From assembly GCA_040954595.2 (NCBI GenBank), contig CM082582.2, forward strand, positions 3,084,303 through 3,148,302: 64,000 nt of DNA. The letters run 5' to 3'. The notes beneath the pieces were generated by a model. The model had not been told where the DNA came from and ran no database searches. It saw only the letters and a list, made by a program, of their open reading frames with translations. The DNA is from Balanoglossus misakiensis. Its lineage: Eukaryota > Animalia > Hemichordata. Shown here piece after piece: positions 1 to 12,000 of the stretch. Each line of letters begins with the position of its first letter. Position 1 is the first letter of the stretch. The position numbers and the translations under genes were made by a program.

Positions 1-3000
1 CATTGGTAGGCTGAAAGCTTACTTCCTGAGACTGTTTGTGCCAATGACGGGTAAGACCGCTTATGAAGTGGTGACCTAAGACAGGCAACAGTCAGGCTTC
101 ACTTACAAAAAGTGGAAAATACAATAGCTACATTGGTAGGCTGAAAGCTTACTTCCTGAGACTGTTTGTGCCAATGACGGGTAAGACCGCTTATGAAGTG
201 GTGACCTAAGATAGGCGACAGTCAGGCTTCACTTACAAAAAGTGGAAAATACAATAGCTACATTGGTAGGCTGAAAGCTTACTTCCTGAGACTTTGTGCC
301 AATGACGGGTAAGACCGCTTATGAAGTGGTGACCTAAGACAGGCGACAGTCAGGCTTCACTTACAAAAAGTGGAAAATACAATAGCTACATTGGTAGGCT
401 GAAAGCTTACTTCCTGAGACTGTTTGTGCCAATGACGGGTAAGACCGCTTATGAAGTGGTATCCTAAGACAGGCGACAGTCAGGCTTCACTTACAAAAAG
501 TGGAAAATACAATAGCTACATTGGTAGGCTGAAAGCTTACTTCCTGAGACTGTTTGTGCCAATGACGGGTAAGACCGCTTATGAAGTGGTGACCTAAGAC
601 AGGCGACAGTCAGGCTTCACTTATAAAAAGTGGCAAATACAATAGCTACATTGGTAGGCTGAAAGCTTACTTCCTGAGACTGTTTGTGCCAATGACGGGT
701 AAGACCGCTTATGAAGTGGTGACCTAAGACAGGCAACAGTCAGGCTTCACTTACAAAAAGTGGAAAATACAATAGCTACATTGGTAGGCTGAAAGCTTAC
801 TTCCTGAGACTGTTTGTGCCAATGACGGGTAAGACCGCTTATGAAGTGGTGACCTAAGATAGGCGACAGTCAGGCTTCACTTACAAAAAGTGGAAAATAC
901 AATAGCTACATTGGTAGGCTGAAAGCTTACTTCCTGAGACTGTTTGTGCCAATGACGGGTAAGACCGCTTATGAAGTGGTGACCTAAGACAGGCGACAGT
1001 CAGGCTTCACTTACAAAAAGTGGAAAATACAATAGCTACATTGGTAGGCTGAAAGCTTACTTCCTGAGACTGTTTGTGCCAATGACGGGTAAGACCGCTT
1101 ATGAAATGGTATCCTAAGACAGGCGACAGTCAGGCTTCACTTACAAAAAGTGGAAAATACAATAGCTACATTGGTAGGCTGAAAGCTTACTTCCTGAGAC
1201 TGTTTGTGCCAATGACGGGTAAGACCGCTTATGAAGTGGTGACCTAAGACAGGCGACAGTCAGGCTTCACTTATAAAAAGTGGAAAATACAATAGCTACA
1301 TAGGTAGGCTGAAAGCTTACTTCCTGAGACTGTTTGTGCCAATGACGGGTAAGACCGCTTAGGAAGTGGTGACCTAAGACAGGCGACAGTCAGGCTTCAC
1401 TTACAAAAAGTGGAAAATACAATAGCTACATTGGTAGGCTGAAAGCTTACTTCCTGAGACTGTTTGTGCCAATGACGGGTAAGACCGCTTATGAAGTGGT
1501 ATCCTAAGACAGGCGACAGTCAGGCTTCACTTACAAAAAGTGGAAAATACAATAGCTACATTGGTAGGCTGAAAGCTTACTTCCTGAGACTGTTTGTGCC
1601 AATGACGGGTAAGACCGCTTATGAAATGGTATCCTAAGACAGGCGACAGTCAGGCTTCACTTATAAAAAGTGGCAAATACAATAGCTACATTGGTAGGCT
1701 GAAAGCTTACTTCCTGAGACTGTTTGTGCCAATGACGGGTAAGACCGCTTAGGAAGTGGTGACCTAAGACAGGCGACAGTCAGGCTTCACTTACAAAAAT
1801 TGGAAAATACAATAGCTACATTGGTTGGCTGAAAGCTTACTTCCTGAGACTGTTTGTGCCAATGACGGGTAAGACCGCTTATGAAGTGGTGACCTAAGAC
1901 AGGCGACAGTCATGCTTCACTTACAAAAAGTGGAATATACAATAGCTACATTGGTAGGCTGAAAGCTTACTTCCTGAGACTGTTTGTGCCAATGACGGGT
2001 AAGACCGCTTATGAAGTGGTGACCTAAGACAGGCAACAATCAGGCTTCACTTACAAAAAGTGGAAAATACAATAGCTACATTGGTAGGCTGAAAGCTTAC
2101 TTCCTGAGACTGTTTGTGCCAATGACGGGTAAGACCGCTTATGAAGTGGTGACCTAAGATAGGCGACAGTCAGGCTTCACTTACAAAAAGTGGAAAATAC
2201 AATAGCTACATTGGTAGGCTGAAAGCTTACTTCCTGAGACTTTGTGCCAATGACGGGTAAGACCGCTTATGAAGTGGTGACCTAAGACAGGCGACAGTCA
2301 GGCTTCACTTACAAAAAGTGGAAAATACAATAGCTACATTGGTAGGCTGAAAGCTTACTTCCTGAGACTGTTTGTGCCAATGACGGGTAAGACCGCTTAT
2401 GAAGTGGTGACCTAAGACAGGCGACAGTCAGGCTTCACTTACAAAAAGTGGAAAATACAATTGCTACATTGGTAGGCTGAAAGCTTACTTCCTGAGACTG
2501 TTTGTGCCCATGACGGGTAAGACCGCTTATGAAGTGGTGACCTAAGACAGGCGACAGTCATGCTTCACTTACAAAAATTGGAAAATACAATAGCTACATT
2601 GGTAGGCTGAAAGCTTACTTCCTGCGACTGTTTGTGCCAATGACGGGTAAGACCGCTTATGAAGTGGTGACCTAAGATAGGCGACAGTCAGGCTTCACTT
2701 ACAAAAAGTGGAAAATACAATAGCTACATTGGTAGGCTGAAAGCTTTCTTCCTGAGACTTTGTGCCAATGACGGGTAAGACCGCTTATGAAGTGGTGACC
2801 TAAGACAGGCGACAGTCAGGCTTCACTTACAAAAAGTGGAAAATACAATAGCTACATTGGTAGGCTGAAAGCTTACTTCCTGAGACTGTTTGTGCCAATG
2901 ACGGGTAAGACCGCTTATGAAGTGGTATCTTAAGACAGGCGACAGTCAGGCTTCACTTACAAAAAGTGGAAAATACAATAGCTACATTGGTAGGCTGAAA

Positions 3001-6000
3001 GCTTACTTCCTGAGACTGTTTGTGCCAATGACGGGTAAGACCGCTTATGAAGTGGTGACCTAAGACAGGCGACAGTCAGGCTTCACTTATAAAAAGTGGA
3101 AAATACAATAGCTACATAGGTAGGCTGAAAGCTTACTTCCTGAGACTGTTTGTGCCAATGACGGGTAAGACCGCTTAGGAAGTGGTGACCTAAGACAGGC
3201 GACAGTCAGGCTTCACTTACAAAAAGTGGAAAATACAATAGCTACATTGGTAGGCTGAAAGCTTACTTCCTGAGACTGTTTGTGCCAATGACGGGTAAGA
3301 CCGCTTATGAAGTGGTATCCTAAGACAGGCGACAGTCAGGCTTCACTTACAAAAAGTGGAAAATACAATAGCTACATTGGTAGGCTGAAAGCTTACTTCC
3401 TGAGACTGTTTGTGCCAATGACGGGTAAGACCGCTTATGAAGTGGTGACCTAAGACAGGCGACAGTCAGGCTTCACTTATAAAAAGTGGAAAATACAATA
3501 GCTACATTGGTAGGCTGAAAGCTTACTTCCTGAGACTGTTTGTGCCAATGACGGGTAAGACCGCTTAGGAAGTGGTGACCTAAGACAGGCGACAGTCAGG
3601 CTTCACTTACAAAAAGTGGAAAATACAATAGCTACATTGGTAGGCTGAAAACTTACTTCCTGAGACTGTTTGTGCCAATGACGGGTAAGACCGCTTATGA
3701 AGTGGTGACCTAAGACAGGCGACAGTCAGGCTTCACTTACAAAAAGTGGAAAATACAATTGCTACATTGGTAGGCTGAAAGCTTACTTCCTGAGACTGTT
3801 TGTGCCAATGACGGGTAAGACCGCTTATGAAGTGGTATCCTAAGACAGGCGACAGTCAGGCTTCACTTACAAAAAGTGGAAAATACAATAGCTACATTGG
3901 TAGGCTGAAAGCTTACTTCCTGAGACTGTTTGTGCCAATGACGGGTAAGACCGCTTATGAAGTGGTGACCTAAGACAGGCGACAGTCATGCTTCACTTAC
4001 AAAAAGTGGAATATACAATAGCTACATTGGTAGGCTGAAAGCTTACTTCCTGAGACTGTTTGTGCCAATGACGGGTAAGACCGCTTATGAAGTGGTGACC
4101 TAAGACAGGCGACAGTCAGGCTTCACTTACAAAAAGTGGAAAATACAATAGCTACATTGGTAGGCTGAAAGCTTACTTCCTGAGACTGTTTGTGCCAATG
4201 ACGGGTAAGACCGCTTATGAAGTGGTGACCTAAGACAGGCGACAGTCAGGCTTCACTTACAAAAAGTGGAAAATACAATTGCTACATTGGTAGGCTGAAA
4301 GCTTACTTCCTGAGACTGTTTGTGCCAATGACGGGTAAGACCGCTTATGAAGTGGTATCCTAAGACAGGCGACAGTCAGGCTTCACTTACAAAAAGTGGA
4401 AAATACAATAGCTACATTGGTAGGCTGAAAGCTTACTTCCTGAGACTGTTTGTGCCAATGACGGGTAAGACCGCTTATGAAGTGGTGACCTAAGACAGGC
4501 AACAATCTGGCTTCACTTACAAAAATTGGAAAATACAATAGCTACATTGGTAGGCTGAAAGCTTACTTCCTGCGACTGTTTGTGCCAATGACGGGTAAGA
4601 CCGCTTATGAAGTGGTGACCTAAGATAGGCGACAGTCAGGCTTCACTTACAAAAAGTGGAAAATACAATAGCTACATTGGTAGGCTGAAAGCTTTCTTCC
4701 TGAGACTTTGTGCCAATGACGGGTAAGACCGCTTATGAAGTGGTGACCTAAGACAGGCGACAGTCAGGCTTCACTTACAAAAAGTGGAAAATACAATAGC
4801 TACATTGGTAGGCTGAAAGCTTACTTCCTGAGACTGTTTGTGCCAATGACGGGTAAGACCGCTTATGAAGTGGTATCCTAAGACAGGCGACAGTCAGGCT
4901 TCACTTACAAAAAGTGGAAAATACAATAGCTACATTGGTAGGCTGAAAGCTTACTTCCTGAGACTGTTTGTGCCAATGACGGGTAAGACCGCTTAGGAAG
5001 TGGTGACCTAAGACAGGCGACAGTCAGGCTTCACTTACAAAAATTGGAAAATACAATAGCTACATTGGTAGGCTGAAAGCTTACTTCCTGAGACTGTTTG
5101 TGCCAATGACGGGTAAGACCGCTTATGAAGTGGTGACCTAAGACAGGCGACAGTCATGCTTCACTTACAAAAAGTGGAATATACAATAGCTACATTGGTA
5201 GGCTGAAAGCTTACTTCCTGAGACTGTTTGTGCCAATGACGGGTAAGACCGCTTATGAAGTGGTGACCTAAGACAGGCGACAGTCAGGCTTCACTTACAA
5301 AAAGTGGAAAATACAATAGCTACATTTGTACGTGAAAGCTTACTTCCTGTGACTGTTTGTGCCAATGACGGGTAAGACCGCTTATGAAGTGGTGACCTAA
5401 GACAGGCGACAGTCAGGCTTCACTTACAAAAAGTGGAAAATACAATAGCTACATTGGCAGGCTGAAAGCTTACTTCCTGAGACTGTTTGTGCCAATGACG
5501 GGTAAGACCGCGGCCGCTTATGAAGTGGTATCCTAAGACAGGCGACAGTCAGGCTTCACTTACAAAAAGTGGAAAATACAATAGCTACATTGGTAGGCTG
5601 AAAGCTTACTTCCTGAGACTGTTTGTGCCAATGACGGGTAAGACCGCTTATGAAATGGTATCCTAAGACAGGCGACAGTCAGGCTTCACTTATAAAAAGT
5701 GGCAAATACAATAGCTACATTGGTAGGCTGAAAGCTTACTTCCTGAGACTGTTTGTGCCAATGACGGGTAAGACCGCTTAGGAAGTGGTGACCTAAGACA
5801 GGCGACAGTCAGGCTTCACTTACAAAAATTGGAAAATACAATAGCTACATTGGTTGGCTGAAAGCTTACTTCCTGAGACTGTTTGTGCCAATGACGGGTA
5901 AGACCGCTTATGAAGTGGTGACCTAAGACAGGCGACAGTCATGCTTCACTTACAAAAAGTGGAATATACAATAGCTACATTGGTAGGCTGAAAGCTTACT

Positions 6001-9000
6001 TCCTGAGACTGTTTGTGCCAATGACGGGTAAGACCGCTTATGAAGTGGTGACCTAAGACAGGCAACAATCAGGCTTCACTTACAAAAAGTGGAAAATACA
6101 ATAGCTACATTGGTAGGCTGAAAGCTTACTTCCTGAGACTGTTTGTGCCAATGACGGGTAAGACCGCTTATGAAGTGGTGACCTAAGATAGGCGACAGTC
6201 AGGCTTCACTTACAAAAAGTGGAAAATACAATAGCTACATTGGTAGGCTGAAAGCTTACTTCCTGAGACTTTGTGCCAATGACGGGTAAGACCGCTTATG
6301 AAGTGGTGACCTAAGACAGGCGACAGTCAGGCTTCACTTACAAAAAGTGGAAAATACAATAGCTACATTGGTAGGCTGAAAGCTTACTTCCTGAGACTGT
6401 TTGTGCCAATGACGGGTAAGACCGCTTATGAAGTGGTGACCTAAGACAGGCGACAGTCAGGCTTCACTTACAAAAAGTGGAAAATACAATTGCTACATTG
6501 GTAGGCTGAAAGCTTACTTCCTGAGACTGTTTGTGCCCATGACGGGTAAGACCGCTTATGAAGTGGTGACCTAAGACAGGCGACAGTCATGCTTCACTTA
6601 CAAAAATTGGAAAATACAATAGCTACATTGGTAGGCTGAAAGCTTACTTCCTGCGACTGTTTGTGCCAATGACGGGTAAGACCGCTTATGAAGTGGTGAC
6701 CTAAGATAGGCGACAGTCAGGCTTCACTTACAAAAAGTGGAAAATACAATAGCTACATTGGTAGGCTGAAAGCTTTCTTCCTGAGACTTTGTGCCAATGA
6801 CGGGTAAGACCGCTTATGAAGTGGTGACCTAAGACAGGCGACAGTCAGGCTTCACTTACAAAAAGTGGAAAATACAATAGCTACATTGGTAGGCTGAAAG
6901 CTTACTTCCTGAGACTGTTTGTGCCAATGACGGGTAAGACCGCTTATGAAGTGGTATCTTAAGACAGGCGACAGTCAGGCTTCACTTACAAAAAGTGGAA
7001 AATACAATAGCTACATTGGTAGGCTGAAAGCTTACTTCCTGAGACTGTTTGTGCCAATGACGGGTAAGACCGCTTATGAAGTGGTGACCTAAGACAGGCG
7101 ACAGTCAGGCTTCACTTATAAAAAGTGGAAAATACAATAGCTACATAGGTAGGCTGAAAGCTTACTTCCTGAGACTGTTTGTGCCAATGACGGGTAAGAC
7201 CGCTTAGGAAGTGGTGACCTAAGACAGGCGACAGTCAGGCTTCACTTACAAAAAGTGGAAAATACAATAGCTACATTGGTAGGCTGAAAGCTTACTTCCT
7301 GAGACTGTTTGTGCCAATGACGGGTAAGACCGCTTATGAAGTGGTATCCTAAGACAGGCGACAGTCAGGCTTCACTTACAAAAAGTGGAAAATACAATAG
7401 CTACATTGGTAGGCTGAAAGCTTACTTCCTGAGACTGTTTGTGCCAATGACGGGTAAGACCGCTTATGAAGTGGTGACCTAAGACAGGCGACAGTCAGGC
7501 TTCACTTATAAAAAGTGGAAAATACAATAGCTACATTGGTAGGCTGAAAGCTTACTTCCTGAGACTGTTTGTGCCAATGACGGGTAAGACCGCTTAGGAA
7601 GTGGTGACCTAAGACAGGCGACAGTCAGGCTTCACTTACAAAAAGTGGAAAATACAATAGCTACATTGGTAGGCTGAAAACTTACTTCCTGAGACTGTTT
7701 GTGCCAATGACGGGTAAGACCGCTTATGAAGTGGTGACCTAAGACAGGCGACAGTCAGGCTTCACTTACAAAAAGTGGAAAATACAATTGCTACATTGGT
7801 AGGCTGAAAGCTTACTTCCTGAGACTGTTTGTGCCAATGACGGGTAAGACCGCTTATGAAGTGGTATCCTAAGACAGGCGACAGTCAGGCTTCACTTACA
7901 AAAAGTGGAAAATACAATAGCTACATTGGTAGGCTGAAAGCTTACTTCCTGAGACTGTTTGTGCCAATGACGGGTAAGACCGCTTATGAAGTGGTGACCT
8001 AAGACAGGCGACAGTCATGCTTCACTTACAAAAAGTGGAATATACAATAGCTACATTGGTAGGCTGAAAGCTTACTTCCTGAGACTGTTTGTGCCAATGA
8101 CGGGTAAGACCGCTTATGAAGTGGTGACCTAAGACAGGCGACAGTCAGGCTTCACTTACAAAAAGTGGAAAATACAATAGCTACATTGGTAGGCTGAAAG
8201 CTTACTTCCTGAGACTGTTTGTGCCAATGACGGGTAAGACCGCTTATGAAGTGGTGACCTAAGACAGGCGACAGTCAGGCTTCACTTACAAAAAGTGGAA
8301 AATACAATTGCTACATTGGTAGGCTGAAAGCTTACTTCCTGAGACTGTTTGTGCCAATGACGGGTAAGACCGCTTATGAAGTGGTATCCTAAGACAGGCG
8401 ACAGTCAGGCTTCACTTACAAAAAGTGGAAAATACAATAGCTACATTGGTAGGCTGAAAGCTTACTTCCTGAGACTGTTTGTGCCAATGACGGGTAAGAC
8501 CGCTTATGAAGTGGTGACCTAAGACAGGCAACAATCTGGCTTCACTTACAAAAATTGGAAAATACAATAGCTACATTGGTAGGCTGAAAGCTTACTTCCT
8601 GCGACTGTTTGTGCCAATGACGGGTAAGACCGCTTATGAAGTGGTGACCTAAGATAGGCGACAGTCAGGCTTCACTTACAAAAAGTGGAAAATACAATAG
8701 CTACATTGGTAGGCTGAAAGCTTTCTTCCTGAGACTTTGTGCCAATGACGGGTAAGACCGCTTATGAAGTGGTGACCTAAGACAGGCGACAGTCAGGCTT
8801 CACTTACAAAAAGTGGAAAATACAATAGCTACATTGGTAGGCTGAAAGCTTACTTCCTGAGACTGTTTGTGCCAATGACGGGTAAGACCGCTTATGAAGT
8901 GGTATCCTAAGACAGGCGACAGTCAGGCTTCACTTACAAAAAGTGGAAAATACAATAGCTACATTGGTAGGCTGAAAGCTTACTTCCTGAGACTGTTTGT

Positions 9001-12000
9001 GCCAATGACGGGTAAGACCGCTTAGGAAGTGGTGACCTAAGACAGGCGACAGTCAGGCTTCACTTACAAAAATTGGAAAATACAATAGCTACATTGGTAG
9101 GCTGAAAGCTTACTTCCTGAGACTGTTTGTGCCAATGACGGGTAAGACCGCTTATGAAGTGGTGACCTAAGACAGGCGACAGTCATGCTTCACTTACAAA
9201 AAGTGGAATATACAATAGCTACATTGGTAGGCTGAAAGCTTACTTCCTGAGACTGTTTGTGCCAATGACGGGTAAGACCGCTTATGAAGTGGTGACCTAA
9301 GACAGGCAACAGTCAGGCTTCACTTACAAAAAGTGGAAAATACAATAGCTACATTGGTAGGCTGAAAGCTTACTTCCTGAGACTGTTTGTGCCAATGACG
9401 GGTAAGACCGCTTATGAAGTGGTGACCTAAGATAGGCGACAGTCAGGCTTCACTTACAAAAAGTGGAAAATACAATAGCTACATTGGTAGGCTGAAAGCT
9501 TACTTCCTGAGACTTTGTGCCAATGACGGGTAAGACCGCTTATGAAGTGGTGACCTAAGACAGGCGACAGTCAGGCTTCACTTACAAAAAGTGGAAAATA
9601 CAATAGCTACATTGGTAGGCTGAAAGCTTACTTCCTGAGACTGTTTGTGCCAATGACGGGTAAGACCGCTTATGAAGTGGTGACCTAAGACAGGCGACAG
9701 TCAGGCTTCACTTACAAAAAGTGGAAAATACAATAGCTACATTGGTAGGCTGAAAGCTTACTTCCTGAGACTGTTTGTGCCAATGACGGGTAAGACCGCT
9801 TATGAAGTGGTGACCTAAGACAGGCGACAGTCAGGCTTCACTTACAAAAAGTGGAAAATACAATAGCTACATTGGTAGGCTAAAAGCTTACTTCCTGAGA
9901 CTGTTTGTGCCAATGACGGGTAAGACCGCTTATGAAGTGGTGACCTAAGACAGGCGACAGTCAGGCTTCACTTATAAAAAGTGGAAAATACAATAGCTAC
10001 ATTGGTAGGCTGAAAGCTTACTTCCTGAGACTGTTTGTGCCAATGACGGGTAAGACCGCTTAGGAAGTGGTGACCTAAGACAGGCGACAGTCAGGCTTCA
10101 CTTACAAAAATTGGAAAATACAATAGCTACATTGGTAGGCTGAAAGCTTTCTTCCTGAGACTTTGTGCCAATGACGGGTAAGACCGCTTATGAAGTGGTG
10201 ACCTAAGACAGGCGACAGTCAGGCTTCACTTACAAAAAGTGGAAAATACAATAGCTACATTGGTAGGCTGAAAGCTTACTTCCTGAGACTGTTTGTGCCA
10301 ATGACGGGTAAGACCGCTTATGAAGTGGTATCCTAAGACAGGCGACAGTCAGGCTTCACTTACAAAAAGTGGAAAATACAATAGCTACATTGGTAGGCTG
10401 AAAGCTTACTTCCTGAGACTGTTTGTGCCAATGACGGGTAAGACCGCTTATGAAGTGGTGACCTAAGACAGGCGACAGTCAGGCTTCACTTACAAAAAGT
10501 GGAAAATACAATAGCTACATTGGTAGGCTGAAAGCTTACTTCCTGAGACTGTTTGTGCCAATGACGGGTAAGACCGCTTATGAAGTGGTATCCTAAGACA
10601 GGCGACAGTCAGGCTTCACTTACAAAAAGTGGAAAATACAATAGCTACATTGGTAGGCTGAAAGCTTACTTCCTGAGACTGTTTGTGCCAATGACGGGTA
10701 AGACCGCTTAGGAAGTGGTGACCTAAGACAGGCGACAGTCAGGCTTCACTTACAAAAATTGGAAAATACAATAGCTACATTGGTAGGCTGAAAGCTTACT
10801 TCCTAAGACTGTTTGTGCCAATGACGGGTAAGACCGCTTATGAAGTGGTGACCTAAGACAGGCGACAGTTATGCTTCACTTACAAAAAGTGGAATATACA
10901 ATAGCTACATTGGTAGGCTGAAAGCTTACTTCCTGAGACTGTTTGTGCCAATGACGGGTAAGACCGCTTATGAAGTGGTGACCTAAGACAGGCAACAGTC
11001 AGGCTTCACTTACAAAAAGTGGAAAATACAATAGCTACATTGGTAGGCTGAAAGCTTACTTCCTGAGACTGTTTGTGCCAATGACGGGTAAGACCGCTTA
11101 TGAAGTGGTGACCTAAGATAGGCGACAGTCAGGCTTCACTTACAAAAAGTGGAAAATACAATAGCTACATTGGTAGGCTGAAAGCTTACTTCCTGAGACT
11201 TTGTGCCAATGACGGGTAAGACCGCTTATGAAGTGGTGACCTAAGACAGGCGACAGTCAGGCTTCACTTACAAAAAGTGGAAAATACAATAGCTACATTG
11301 GTAGGCTGAAAGCTTACTTCCTGAGACTGTTTGTGCCAATGACGGGTAAGACCGCTAATGAAGTGGTGACCTAAGACAGGCGACAGTCAGGCTTCACTTA
11401 CAAAAAGTGGAAAATACAATAGCTACATTGGTAGGCTGAAAGCTTACTTCCTGAGACTGTTTGTGCCAATGACGGGTAAGACCGCTTATGAAGTGGTGAC
11501 CTAAGACAGGCGACAGTCAGGCTTCACTTACAAAAAGTGGAAAATACAATAGCTACATTGGTAGGCTGAAAGCTTACTTCCTGAGACTGTTTGTGCCAAT
11601 GACGGGTAAGACCGCTTATGAAGTGGTGACCTAAGACAGGCGACAGTCAGGCTTCACTTACAAAAAGTGGAAAATACAATAGCTACATTGGTAGGCTAAA
11701 AGCTTACTTCCTGAGACTGTTTGTGCCAATGACGGGTAAGACCGCTTATGAAGTGGTTACCTAAGACAGGCGACAGTCAGGCTTCACTTATAAAAAGTGG
11801 AAAATACAATAGCTACATTGGTAGGCTGAAAGCTTACTTCCTGAGACTGTTTGTGCCAATGACGGGTAAGACCGCTTAGGAAGTGGTGACCTAAGACAGG
11901 CGACAGTCAGGCTTCACTTACAAAAATTGGAAAATACAATAGCTACATTGGTAGGCTGAAAGCTTTCTTCCTGAGACTTTGTGCCAATGACGGGTAAGAC

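Noticed and set aside
1-130. Hammerhead or twister ribozyme in the monomer
   Set aside because: No CUGANGA core on either strand. The twister-like words (GCCAATG, CCTAAG, AAAAGTGGA) do not supply the UAA cleavage loop or the two pseudoknot pairings.
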